A stretch of DNA of 64,000 bases from Neodothiora populina (taxonomy: Eukaryota). Position 1 is the first letter of the stretch. Each line of letters begins with the position of its first letter. Below the pieces are notes generated by a model. That model was not told the origin of the DNA. It ran no database searches and worked only from the letters and a program-made list of their open reading frames with translations. Location of the stretch: positions 124,001-188,000 of the forward strand of contig NW_027191402.1 in assembly GCF_041146345.1 (NCBI RefSeq), written 5' to 3'. The position numbers were made by a program, and so were the translations under genes. Below are positions 26,269-38,172 of this stretch, in pieces.

Positions 26269-28061
26269 TTAGTCGAAAGTGATCTTGGTGGCCTTCTTGC
26301 CCGTGTCTTCCTTGTAAAAGGCACCGTAAGCATCGTGAGACTTCTTCTTGACAGTGGTACCGAACTTCATCAGATCCTCGGGCACTTTTTGGTTTGCGCT
26401 CTTGAGCACATTGATGAGTGCACCGGCGAGACCCTTCTCATGATCTGTGAAGAAGGTAATGGACCTGCCATCTTGTCCAGCACGACCGGTACTGAAAGAG
26501 AACAATTAGTATGATGTTTGCACAAAATGAAGCTGATAGCAAAGTCAAAAACTTACCGGCCAATGCGGTGAACATAATCTTCAACAGTCAGGGGAAAGGT
26601 GACGTTGATGACCAACTTGACTGCTGGGATATCCAGACCGCGAGCAGCAACATCAGTGGCAACAAGCAAGGGTACCTCGCCGCTCTTAAAAGACTCCAAA
26701 CTAGCCATACGCTGCTGTTGACTCAGATCACCGTGGATACCAGCAACCTTGAAGCCCTTTGATCTGATGAATCCTTCGATGCGGGTAGCCTCCTTCTTGT
26801 ACAAGCAGAATACAAGAATTCTGTCAGTCTTGTTCTTGCCGGATTGATATTGCTTGAGGAGCTGGATGAGGCGATCGTTCTTTCCGTAAGGGTCCATGAC
26901 CTCGACCTCCTGAACAATCCTGGTGTTGGCGCGCAGTTCACCGGTGGTGTTCTCACCAATATTGATTCGCACAGGGCTCTTCATGAACGTGGCGGCCAAG
27001 TCGCGCACGGAAGGAGGCCAGGTGGCAGTAAACATGAGGGTTTGACGAGTTGGCGAAGTGCTGCTGAGGATCTTGCGGACCTCCTCCTCGAATCCCTTGT
27101 CAAGCATACGGTCGGCTTCATCGAGCACAGCGTAGTCTGCGTTGCCAAGGTTGATGGAGTTCTCGCTGATGAAGTCGTTGAGACGACCAGGAGTGGCGAC
27201 AATGATGTGAGCGCCTCTGAGAGTCTCGCGCTGCTGATCCTTATTGACACCGCCGTAAACGCACACAACCTTCAGGCCAACGGGCTGCGCAAGCTTGACA
27301 AGCTGCTCGTGGATCTGCAGAGCCAATTCTCTGGTGGGTGACACAATGCACGCCTTGATGCCCTTCTGCTGCTCTTTCTTGGGGAGCGAGGCGATGTAGC
27401 GGATGCAAGGCACACCAAAACCCATGGTCTTTCCAGAGCCAGTCTCTGCAACACCAATGACATCGCGACCGGCGAACAGATAAGGCCAAGAAGCGGCCTG
27501 GATGGGAGAAGGAGTCGAATACTGGGCGAGAGGGGCGCGCTGGGCCTTGTCGGTGATGGGGACGTAGTCGAAGGAAGTGATGGGCCTGTAGGCTGGAGAC
27601 TTCTTGCTCTCGTCGGTGATGGTGATGAACTTCTCGGCGACGAACTTGTCAATCTCAGACTGAGGAAGAGCGCTGAGTCTTGGGTCTTCTGTGTATCCGG
27701 AGCCGTCGTCGCTGGCAGGGGCGCCATTGGTGGCGGGGGCGGGAGTGGGAGTTGGGGCGCTCGCGCTCTCTTCCTGCTCCTTCTTCGCCTTCTTGGCCGC
27801 TTTCTTTGCTGCCTTTGCGGCTGCCTCAGAGTCGACGTCTGCTGACTTCTCACCCTCCTTCTTTGCCTTCTTGGCGGCCTTCTTTGCGGCCTTTGCGGCG
27901 GCCTGCTCTTCCTCGGTCTCTGCAGATCCCTTTTCTACTTCCACATCCTTGCTCTTCTTTTCCTTTTTCTCCTTCTTGTCCTTCTTGACTTTCTTGCTAA
28001 CAGGCTCTGCGCCGTTGGTCTCGACGACCGATGCGATCTCCTCGCGCTCGCGTTTGGCCAT
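26269..28061 (-). CDS. DBP3: DEAD-box RNA helicase Dbp3 (60S ribosome biogenesis)
   Basis: Lys-rich N-terminus with two [16 protein letters not shown] repeats; [25 protein letters not shown] and HRIGR|TGRAG. Intron 26556-26492. C-terminus [20 protein letters not shown]...KITFD. Confidence 0.95.
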
Positions 28062-28955
28062 GATGTTTTGCTGATGTGTAACACAAAAATGGGGATATCA
28101 AATGGCAGATTTATCGCCAATCACTTTTTTTCCGGGCGAGAGACAGTTTTCTCCACGCCAAGGCTGGCGTCATCGGACATGTCGGCGATTCGGGTAGACC
28201 CTCATGAATCTAATCTTAGCGCAATCGTCAGCTTCTACAAGTATATACTGTACAGTACAGGTAATAATGTATGGACCTTATGGCTTACCTTATGGCTTAC
28301 CTTGCGTTGCCTTGTTTACTTCAGTATCTACCAATAACTCATGTTGCTTTGCTGCCTCTACACACCCCCTTGATATGCCACGTTGTCTGAAAGTAGCCGT
28401 ACATGTACAGCCGACTTACTGGCCCGTGGCTCGCTTTATGCCAAGGTCAGCCTACTTTGATGCTGCGCCCTGTGCGTTCTACACAATTGGAGGGTAACCG
28501 GAGCGAGGTTCAACATCAGAACACCGCTGTTCGCGTACGGCCTCGAACTCCAGTGGGTTTGCGTTTAGCCTACGAATCGTACCTGTGATAGTGGAGTCGT
28601 CTCGATCCAAGAGAGATGTCTTCCCTCCATCAGTATGATGGACCTAGCGGAATGGACCGGGTGAGTGTGCAAGATTGGGGCAGAATGAGCGAGCCTATGT
28701 TGGCGTTGTGCCACAAGATCTCCATCTACATGTTCTGCATGCAGTGGACGACTCGACCGGATGCCAGTTCTGGTCAACAAATAACGATGGGACCGTCACT
28801 TCGTCCAGGAAGAGTAATTGTATGGCGTTGCAACTTCGCTTTACAGAGTTCAAAAGATGGGACCTGTCCCGACATGCTCTAGGCTTCAGCCTGCAAGCTG
28901 AGCAGCATACAATCTTTGCGACTTCGTATCTTAGCTTGCTCATGTTTTAGCTGCG

Positions 28956-31473
28956 ATGGCACCTTCAGTCCTCGACAGATCTCCGTCGATTGTTGGTGAT
29001 CATGAACAACTACTTCGTGTCCCTTCAGAGACATTGTTATCTGGCAAAGCATCACTTCCCAAGTCATGTACCCGACAACCTTCCTCAGGCTCTCTCTTGA
29101 GCCAGCACTCCCCTCTTAACCTGTCCTTGACTTCACTCGAGGATGTGAGTGACCTGCCGTCAAGCCAATGTGACAATGGTACCAAGCATCACGAACCCTT
29201 GAGCTCAGATGATACCGGTGGTAAGCATACCACGTCCGCGTCTGTAGGTCGCGTCGATACCTGGTGGATTTGGGAAATTGCGTGCCTATTGCTCAGTACT
29301 GCCTGCTTCATCACCATAGCCGTGGTGTCGAAAATTCACGACGGTCAGGAAATCTCGACCTGGACGTTCTATCTGTCACTCAACACTCTTGTATCCAGTC
29401 TGGGAACTGCCGCTAGAACCTCGATGCTCCTCGCCATCTCCGCTGCTCTGGGTCAGGGCAAATGGAATTGGTTCAGCAGGAGAAGTGCCAAATTATCGAC
29501 TTTTGACCTCTTGGATAGTGCTAGCCGGGGTCCCTTGGGGTCTCTCCTGCTTTTGTTCCATCTTCGTGGCTAGTACGTACCCCTCCCTTGGCTAGCTGAT
29601 TGTTCAGATTATTTATGAGGTCTAGTCATCTGCTCTCCCTAGGCGCAGCGGTCACGGTCCTCAGCCTCGCCATAGAGCCAATGTTCCAAGCTGTCATGAT
29701 AACTGTTGGCGAGACCAAACAACTTGGTCATGGCTCCGGTCTAGCTTCCATACATACCACGAGTCGCTTTGATGGTGGAGGTGAATATGTGCCCAGCACG
29801 TCCGGCATATACACAGTATCGCACACACCGTCCGTAACAATCTGGCCCGACCTTGGTGTCAAGTCCGCCATCTATCAAGGCCTCTATGCGTACCAAAACA
29901 ATGACAACTCCTCCTTCATCACATACTCCTGCCTTACAGGTAGTTGTACCTGGCCCATATTCGTTACTCTTGGTATATGTAGCTCTTGCCACGATCTGTC
30001 GAATATCTAACGTCAAAGTCTGTCAGCCCCTTCAGCCCGGAATTCGGCATTGCAACCGCAAGTGATTCACATACAGAAGAAAAGGGAATAGAGTGGTCTC
30101 TGACTTCTGGTCTCGAGATCGGTAATCCTACAGGGTGGATCACGACTAATCCTCACGCACACCTTATGAAGGCAATCATTACCGCCGATCCATTAAAGAC
30201 GAGAAATTATCAGAACGCCGAAATTCTGCTCGCCGCGTTCACTCTGCTACGCGCTGCAGACGAATACGCAAACAATCATTCAACATGGGAAAACAGTCGG
30301 CCTGCTGCGATGGAATGCGGTCTGAAATTGTGTCTAAAAGCAATTAATGCTACAGTCACTCAAACCAAGCTTATGGAAGTCATGCTGAACACGACGTCGA
30401 AAAAGATTAAACAATCATACCTTGTGGTCGCCGACTATGAACCCACCGATACCGCTGGTCATGTTAGCCTTGATGAGAATTCAGCATATCAGACGCAGTA
30501 TTCCCAAAGAGATGACTTTCAGCTTGACGCCTCTTCGTTCAACCAATCATGGATTCACCCTGACACGACGTACAATGTGTCGCAGGTCTTCATCGACAGC
30601 TCCATTGCGTTTCTCATTAATACTTTCGGCCAGAAGGGAGCTTTAGTATGGGGTGGACCTATGTTCGAACACGATTACCTGCAGCCTTTGTACTCGTCAC
30701 AAAACTGGACTGCTGCCTTTGAAAGTGTGGCGAACAGTCTCACGAACGTCCTGCAAAATTCTGGACAGAGCCCTCTTGAAGGCGTTGCGATGAACTGGAC
30801 AACCAAATACCACATCAGATGGGCGTTCATGACACTTCCCGCTGTCGTCATGCTGTGTGAGTTGTTACTTTCCATTAGTAAACATTATTGATTTTCATTT
30901 GCTACGACGTGGAACATGTACTGAACATATTTTCTATCAAGTACAGCCGGCATCATCTTCACCACTTTCTCCATCATCGAAACACGCAGACAGCAAATCC
31001 CAGCATGGAAGACCAATGCACTCGCAGCGATTGCTTACGGTGCAGACGAAGCGACAAGAAAGCAGCTGCGCGCAGCCTGCATGACGGAGAAACTCGACAA
31101 GGCAGGGTACATGACAGTGCAGATGATGGCAGGCACAGACGCAGTCGAGCTGGCCACTTCTCCTCCTCTTGTACCACCGTCATCTTCTCCTCACAAGTTT
31201 GGCAAGTTGTTCGAGATGGAAAATCTCTGGAAGCGACGTAAGCACACGAAGCCTGAACAGCTACAACAAGAGCGCAGCAGGAATACAGGTCAGGATGTGA
31301 CGTTTGGAAATGCTGCCGACCCCACCCTGACAACGCCATGCACGCCGTCACCTAGCCTGCCGCAGTTTGAGTTTGAGAGTCATCATGACGGCGCCGACGA
31401 TACTTTGATCGGGGAAGCTGATGGATATTCGTTGCGCAATGGTAACAACGCCAGAGGTTATCGGCGTCTGTAG
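28956..31473 (+). pseudogene. DUF3176-type fungal membrane protein with an apparent 1-nt frameshift near 30000
   Basis: Motifs WWIWEIA, LSLNTLVS, ALGQGKWNWF, DSASRGPLGS, CLTGSCTW, LGICSSC, AMECGL, YHIRWAF and IPAWKTNALA. Introns 29573-29625 and 30857-30946. Frame break between CSSCHDLS and EYLT. Could be a sequencing error in an intact gene. Confidence 0.72.
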
Positions 31474-32389
31474 AGACTATGCAGTGTTAGAGGTCGAGGG
31501 CTGTGGTCATTCATTTTTTCTCTCCTTTCTTTTCTTCTCTTCTCTTTTCTTTCCTTTAATGACGACAACGAATGATCGTCTTATCATCACTAGACATACA
31601 TATACACGTACACATGAAAGCCTGCCTCAACTCAAGCATCAAAGTCAAGTGAACGACGCGATTCCGAGAAGTGAAGCAAATGGCCGATCCCTGGCCGATA
31701 GTAACCAAGAAGCCGAGTCATCCGCACCTACAAGGGACCATCAATCCAGCGATTCGATCAGCGGGGCGAATCGAACAGTCAATCGTACCTGTTTCCCTTT
31801 TCCTCATCCATCTCAGTATCTGAGGGAAAAGTCGAGTTTCCCCACTACATTCGAGAAGGAAAGAAACAAATAGTAGATTGTTTCTTCCCCATATGTAATC
31901 ACTAGATCCCGTATATTTTAAAAGCCTGCTAGTACATAACAAGATCCGCACGATTCCCATGTTTATCACGATACCGTGGTACAGGACCGTTAGCCCTTGA
32001 CACCAACTTTCTCAGGGCAAGAAACGAAAAGAGAAGAAAAAAAAGATGCGAACGAGGGTGTTCTTTGGTCGTTTTCTACCTTGGTTACATGGACGCTTTG
32101 TTCTCGGATTCCTTCACTTTTAGATTCTCGGTTTTGTGGACGGTCTTTTATGAATCATCAGGTATATGATCCTTCGCGGGTACAGCAGTGGTCTGTAAGT
32201 GTAGGAGAAAAGAAAGAGTAGGAGTCTTCACAAACAAGGACAAAGTCTGGGAAGGGAGATGGAAACAGAATCTATGATTACTCTTTTCTCGTCGTCCAGA
32301 TACCGATGTCATTTCTCCGCTTAATGATTCTCCCTGACAAGCGTATGCATGCATGCAGCAGAGCTCTTTCTGTCTGCTTTTTGGTATTT

Positions 32390-34945
32390 CTAGTCTTTCT
32401 TGAAGAAATAAACGTACGCGAACCGACTCATCTCGACCGCGTCCCCTCCGAGTGCGACTTTCTCGTCGTTGAACAGGATCCATTCTCCCTTTGCCTCTGC
32501 TCCCTTGCTGTCATCCGTGGTCTTGTTGGCCTGCTCTTTGCGTACGAATGCGACGTAATGTCCTGCGTGGATCGAGGCGCCCTTGTGGCAGACGATTGCC
32601 TGCAGGGAGAATTTGGCTGGGCGGGTGTCTTCCTTTTGGGGTTCCGGTTCTTGCGCTGATGGGAGTTGGGTCGCCTGGGTTTCGTTGTTAGCTTGTTTCA
32701 ACTGTGCAGAAGATGGAAAGAAATAGAGAAGACTCACGTTGTCACTACCTCCGAAATCACCTTCGGCTTCGGGGTGATTGAACAACCAATCGACTGCTCT
32801 CTCGACGTCGCCTCCGGTCTCTTTGAGCGCCTGTCGGCCCTGAGGCACGGAAAAGCCCATTGCGGATAACATTTCTAGTTTGTCCTCTGTGACTACTTCT
32901 TCGCCTCCTGATGCTGCGCCCGACGATGAAGAAGAAGCGTTGAAGTCGACGGGATCGTCGATGTCCGCGTCTTCCATGTGCTCGAACAGCCAGCCCGTGG
33001 CCGCCTCGGGGTCTTGGTTCCCTGTGGCGTGAAGCGCTTTTTCACACCTCACGCGGGGAAATCCCATGGCTTCTAGCATGCTCAGGGCGCCTTCGTTGGG
33101 CACCCAGGCTGCAGCTGTTGGCGCGCTGGCATCATCTCCGGGCAGTTCTTCCTCGTCTGCTTGGCGGCCGGGGCTGCGATAGCTCTCAAAGTCCAGCGAG
33201 CCTTCGTCCACGATGACGGGCACGTCTTGCTTCGTCGGCACCCAGTTCACCAGCTCGAATCGGCGGGCGTTGATCGCTAGGACCGAGGGGAAGGATTTGA
33301 ATAGTGATTGTTTTGTGAATCCCGACTTGCCGCAAGACGAACATTCCAGCTCGACGACTTCTGCGGCTGTGAACTCGTCGAGACATTGCTTCAGCGTTAC
33401 AGGCTCGAATTGGACGGGTCCCGGCTCCGCTGCGGGCTTGGTATCGTTTCCGGTCGGGTCTGGTGTCGTGTTTTCCATTTCGGTGTCCTTCTGGATCCTC
33501 TTGACGGGCACGGCGACAGAGATGTTTTCCATTTCGTCTTGGCGGTAGCGGACTTTCTTGCAGTTCAGGCACTGGAGTTTCTGCTCCATGACAAATCGCA
33601 GAGAATCGACGGGATCGGTGATGTTCGAGTATTGAGCCTTGGCTGCGTTTTGCGAACGCGAGATTAGTTTGAGGATATGCAGAAGAAACTCAAAGGCGTC
33701 CTGCTGGCGCATGGTGGAAAACTCCGAGTGTCCTCTGCCCACGAGATGCTTCAGCATGGCAGGGGCTATTCCCTTCTGATAAGTCTGGTGCTCTGAGTAG
33801 TCGTCTCCTGCAGGCACGACGTCCGAGTCTGGCTTCGCGTAGCGGCCCGAAAGCAGACCGTCCGCCACCTTGCGCAACTGAATCTCGAGGTCTTCGGCAG
33901 GAGTTTGAGTGAAGGGCAATTTCTCCGAGGGACGGTAGTATCTCGAAGCGAAGTCAGGGAACGAGAACAGACTCTGCATGACACTGTTGAGGTAGCAGCT
34001 GTTGCCCAGATTCTTGAGTCCAGTCAGGCCCGGGCCAAACATGGGCTTGAGTTCCCTGCCGTCCTGCGTAGTCATGTTGAACTCCCACCTGAGGTTCTGT
34101 TCGATGTTCATCTCGGTCAGACTCTTCTCCGTCTTTTGCCTTGCGGCGATATCGATGCCCCAGTGGGCGAGATGGGCGACCAGCTCGGGATCCGTCTTCT
34201 CGTCATTGCAGGCGTAGCAGTAGATGTCGGCGTTTCCATCCGCGGTCAGACTGCCCAGCTTGACGGCGACAGGGTGACCGGTAGAGTCTGTGTGGGAGAC
34301 GCCGTGTGAATTGCCGCCGACGTCGCTGCCGAACTGCTTCCTTCCGCAACCCAGATTGCCGCAAGTCAAGCACAGCCAGAGATTCTCCCGCAGGTCGCAC
34401 ATGCTGCAGTGACCCAGCTCTCCGCTGTCTATCTGACGTGGCGCCTCCTGCTCGAGACAGAGCGCGTGCTCACAGGGGATCATCTCCTGCTCCCACGCCT
34501 TGACCTCCTCTTGCCTTGCGAATGTGTTGGCCTTGAGCACTCCATCGACGACAGCGCGCAGCCCCTCGTCTTCAACAGCGACATGGTCCGACGCGCACTC
34601 GTAGCACCTGACCCGGGTCCGAGTATCGTATCTGTCCTCGTCGGTCTCGGCGGTGATGGCGAGCTTGCTGATCTTGGCTGGCGGTTCCGTGTCTCTGAGC
34701 TTGCGCTTGCGTGTGCGGCGGATGTTCAGAGCGAGAGGGTGGTGGGCGGCGTCGGCGTGGTCTCGTGCGTGGTGGCGGGCTGGTTCGCAACAGCCTCCGT
34801 TGAAGCAGTGCAGACACACATCCAGGCCGTGTGGCGAGTCGATGCTGTCGAAGCAGAGGGTGCAGTCTTCGCGGTATACTGATTGTGTGGCCTTGGGCGG
34901 GGCCAGGGACGCCGTGGCCAGGTGAGGACAGTCCGTCGTGGCCAT
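32390..34945 (-). CDS. UBP14: Ubiquitin C-terminal hydrolase 14 (USP5/13 family; ZnF-UBP, USP, two UBA domains)
   Basis: Start MATTDCPHL inferred at 34945. ZnF NLWLCLTCGNLGCGR, Cys box GLKNLGNSCYLNSV, QQDAFEF, His box HKGASIHAGHYVAF, UBA MGF motifs. Probable 63-nt intron 32737-32675. Confidence 0.96.
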   Translation of the reverse strand: MATTDCPHLATASLAPPKATQSVYREDCTLCFDSIDSPHGLDVCLHCFNGGCCEPARHHARDHADAAHHPLALNIRRTRKRKLRDTEPPAKISKLAITAETDEDRYDTRTRVRCYECASDHVAVEDEGLRAVVDGVLKANTFARQEEVKAWEQEMIPCEHALCLEQEAPRQIDSGELGHCSMCDLRENLWLCLTCGNLGCGRKQFGSDVGGNSHGVSHTDSTGHPVAVKLGSLTADGNADIYCYACNDEKTDPELVAHLAHWGIDIAARQKTEKSLTEMNIEQNLRWEFNMTTQDGRELKPMFGPGLTGLKNLGNSCYLNSVMQSLFSFPDFASRYYRPSEKLPFTQTPAEDLEIQLRKVADGLLSGRYAKPDSDVVPAGDDYSEHQTYQKGIAPAMLKHLVGRGHSEFSTMRQQDAFEFLLHILKLISRSQNAAKAQYSNITDPVDSLRFVMEQKLQCLNCKKVRYRQDEMENISVAVPVKRIQKDTEMENTTPDPTGNDTKPAAEPGPVQFEPVTLKQCLDEFTAAEVVELECSSCGKSGFTKQSLFKSFPSVLAINARRFELVNWVPTKQDVPVIVDEGSLDFESYRSPGRQADEEELPGDDASAPTAAAWVPNEGALSMLEAMGFPRVRCEKALHATGNQDPEAATGWLFEHMEDADIDDPVDFNASSSSSGAASGGEEVVTEDKLEMLSAMGFSVPQGRQALKETGGDVERAVDWLFNHPEAEGDFGGSDNVSLLYFFPSSAQLKQANNETQATQLPSAQEPEPQKEDTRPAKFSLQAIVCHKGASIHAGHYVAFVRKEQANKTTDDSKGAEAKGEWILFNDEKVALGGDAVEMSRFAYVYFFKKD

Positions 34946-35280
34946 TCTTCTCGTCGTTGGGGGAAGTCTGAGGATGGAAAGGAGAGTCAAAGGTAAAGAC
35001 AGACAGGATATACAGATGCACACTTGATTGGATACTGACAATCATTCAATCAATCAGTCAGTCAATCAAGAAAGAAAGAAAGTTGCATCTGCGGAGGGGG
35101 CGGTGAGTCGCACATCGCGGGGCAGTCGCGTCTTTTTGCCAGATGACGTATATGATCCATATAACACGGGCAATCAACATACACAGATGGTACCTTGGAT
35201 ACAATAACATGGCGTGCATGATGTTTGCAGACTAGAACACTTTACCGTGCTTGATATACAAAGTCACACGAGGGACACCC

Positions 35281-37258
35281 TCAGTTCACAAACAAGCTGT
35301 CGCTGTTGTCCGACAACGTGTACTGCTGGATCAGCTCCGCCAGCTTCTTGGCCTCGTTGGCGTAGTTCAGAGGCGCCGCCGAAGACACTTGATATCGCAC
35401 CCTGTCGTTGCTTGTCAGCACCATGCTCACTCGTCTCCATCATTCCACACATACCTCTGCTGGTCCTGGAACGTGTCCATCTTGGCTCTGCATCTGAACA
35501 GCAGCGTCTTGCAGTTGGCCTCTGCAAAAGCCTCCGTCGCTGCTCTCTCGTCCTCCTCCCTCATCTGCATGACATCGTTGGCCGGCATGCCCATGATGAT
35601 CCTGCCCACCTCGTCGAAGCAGCTCAGCCACATCTGCCCCGTGTGGTCGCTGACATTGACGCTCATGATGTATCTGTAGTCTGGACGATCATGCGTCTTG
35701 TCGCACTTTTCACAACGCCACTCGCCAGGCTCCGTCTCCACCACCTTCTTGTTGCAGCCCTCGGACAGACAAGCCGGGTAGCAGAAGTTGTCCTGCTTGA
35801 CGTAGATGATGGTGCCCTTGACGCTGAAGTACTCGGCCTGTTCGCTCATGCCCAGGTTCTCGTCCTTGATCTGTGCGATGCTCTTGTATTGATCGTTGCG
35901 TCCGCTGGCTCCGCTCGTGCTGCCCATCGTCTGCGCGTGTGACTGGAAATTGTCGTTGCGTCCCTGTGCCTCGTACCAGCCCTTGAGCTTGTGTGACTCG
36001 TCAATGTCTGGGTTCACATTCATCGTACCCGACGACAGGAGCGACAGGCTCCTTCCACCGAAATCCGACACCTTGACGCCCTTGAACGCCACCACGCTCT
36101 CCAGAGGCACATCGAATGTTTGTGCCGTCTTGCCCCACACCGTCAGACGCACGCTGTAGCCTGTGTTGTCGACGAGGGTGAGCTCTCGCTTGTTGTATGG
36201 TTTTGCACTGCTCTTGCCGATAATCTCAGACACCTCGCCCGTCTGTTGGAGAATGCCAATCGTGTCGATCGTCGTGTCCTTGTCTATCGTCTGCAAGTCT
36301 GACAGAGTGGTGAAGTTGTACTTGACCTGCGGCACACCCTCGCTGTCCTCGGCCTTTTCAATATGAGTGTCACGCTCGAATGTCATCTCGTAGTCGTTGT
36401 TGACGTTGGAGAACTGCTTCTTGGCGGGCTGGATTCTGCAAGGCGACGAGACGTAGTAGACGGACCCTTCTTGCAGCACGTCATACCACGAGTCCACGGC
36501 GTCGTTGAAGCCAGTGGCGCGGATCTCACCACTCTCGTCGAGCAAGTTGACGCTGAAGAGCTTGCCTTCGCCGTTCTTGTTGTGCCATGTCTTGATTTCG
36601 CCCTTGCTTGTCACTCTTGCCTTGATCGTCCACTTGTGTGCGTAGGGCGAGAGCGCTTCGATCGGGTAGATGTTGGCGTGCGAACCACCGCCACCGGCTC
36701 CGTTGGATCGTGACGGCAGGTTTCGCTGCGGCGCTTGCTGCTGTGGTTGCTGTGCAGGCTTGTTGCCATAAAAGTTACTGCCAGAAATGCCTGCTGGCTG
36801 CTGCTGGTGAGGAGCAGCGGGGGATCCTGTGTCTGCCTTGACAACCTCCAGTGCTTGTGGCTGGCCGAGCTTCTCGCTCTCGCCGTACTCCTCTAGCACC
36901 TCGATGTCTAGAATGACTAGGATGCTGTTGATGGAGTCAGAAACGCTCATTTCGGCAGTCAAAAGCACAACACTCACGGCTTGTCCTTGACAGAGTTGGC
37001 CTGGAACTGCTTCAGTCGACATAGAGATCCCTTCTTGAGCTTGCCCTCTTGCACGACCCAGTTCACCTGCTGTGCGATCATGCTCTGGATGAAGTTGACC
37101 GTGTCGTTGAACACGACTCTGTATCTCTCTTGTCCGGTCGCAGTCGCCTGCATCGGTTTAATCTGCACACACTGGACGATGGGGTCGATGACATCCTCGC
37201 CTGCGAAGACGCGGCGTAAGCAGCCATGGGTGATGGCTGAAAAAGCGTCGTTTGCCAT
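35281..37258 (-). CDS. RFA1: Replication protein A 70-kDa subunit
   Basis: Exons 37258-36978, 36924-35455, 35401-35281. Motifs PIEALSPYAHKWTIKARVTSK, EGKLFSVNLLDESGEIRATGF, KVSDFGGRSLS and Zn finger CLSEGCNKK...CEKC. Confidence 0.97.
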
Positions 37259-37430
37259 CTTTTCGGCACAATTTGTTCTTCTGTAGTGTCAGTCTGAACG
37301 ACGAGGCTCAAATTGACAGGGAGAGGAAAACTCTTGATACAATTTAGACAGTGTGAAGAAAGGGGAGGCGAATGTCGAATGTTATAGACGCTGTTTTACC
37401 AGACTGGGAAATCTTGGTGGAGGGGTTCGG

Positions 37431-37447
37431 ACGCGTGCCAGACGCGA
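37431..37447. promoter_or_regulatory. MCB (MluI cell-cycle box)-like elements upstream of RFA1
   Basis: ACGCGT at 37431 and ACGCGA at 37442, about 180 bp upstream of the RFA1 ATG. RFA1 is an established MBF target in yeasts. Confidence 0.6.
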
Positions 37448-38172
37448 CTGCCTGGAAAGCGTGTTTGATTGCTCATCTACGTCTATGTACCTTATTATTT
37501 TATCTAATCCATCTCGCTCTTGGCACGCCACCTGCCGGCCAGACTCCAACACTTTCGCATCTTTCGCCTCCCTGAGCATGCCGTTCGGTATGGATATCCT
37601 CGTGATGTAGGCACTTTTACTGATCAGGAATGACCACTGATAGTCATCAATCATATGCCTAGGCTGCTTCTCCGACTTCTCTGCAGTCGTTGTCTTTTCG
37701 TTGAAGTATATATACCATATATGTGGCGACTAGCTGTATTTCAGCTCCGCGGCTATGGAGCTTGCAAGACATGTTTGCCAGCATCTTGAACGGCATGTGT
37801 TATCGCACACTTCACTGTGGCTTTCCTATCCTTGTTTTGATGAGAGATGCATCGAGTAGGCTGTTCGATCGTCTCGGGTCAAATCAGTGATAGAATACGT
37901 AGGCATGGCTGGAGTACCGTCACATTTGTGAATCATGATGAGATTTGAGTAATATGATACACTGTGAATGATCATCATCTCCTGCGAAGAATCAACAACG
38001 CCAAAAGCGTGTGCCAAACTCGAAACATCCTGATCCTGATCTCCAACGAAGGAAAAATCTGTGCTGTTTTGGGAATCATGTACCTCCACACAAAGAAAAA
38101 AGCCAACCCTTGCGCCGTCGGAAATTCGCTAATTAATCAAAGAATCATACGCAATCTCTTTGTTCGACTGCT

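Noticed and set aside
28275..28303. 12-bp tandem duplication ACCTTATGGCTT, plus similar micro-repeats near 17325, 39534 and 44790
   Set aside because: Ordinary slippage repeats with no spacer-array or mobile-element structure.
29571..29573. Apparent premature TAG in the DUF3176-type gene
   Set aside because: The TAG overlaps a GTACGT donor; intron 29573-29625 restores the frame (TA+T = Tyr).
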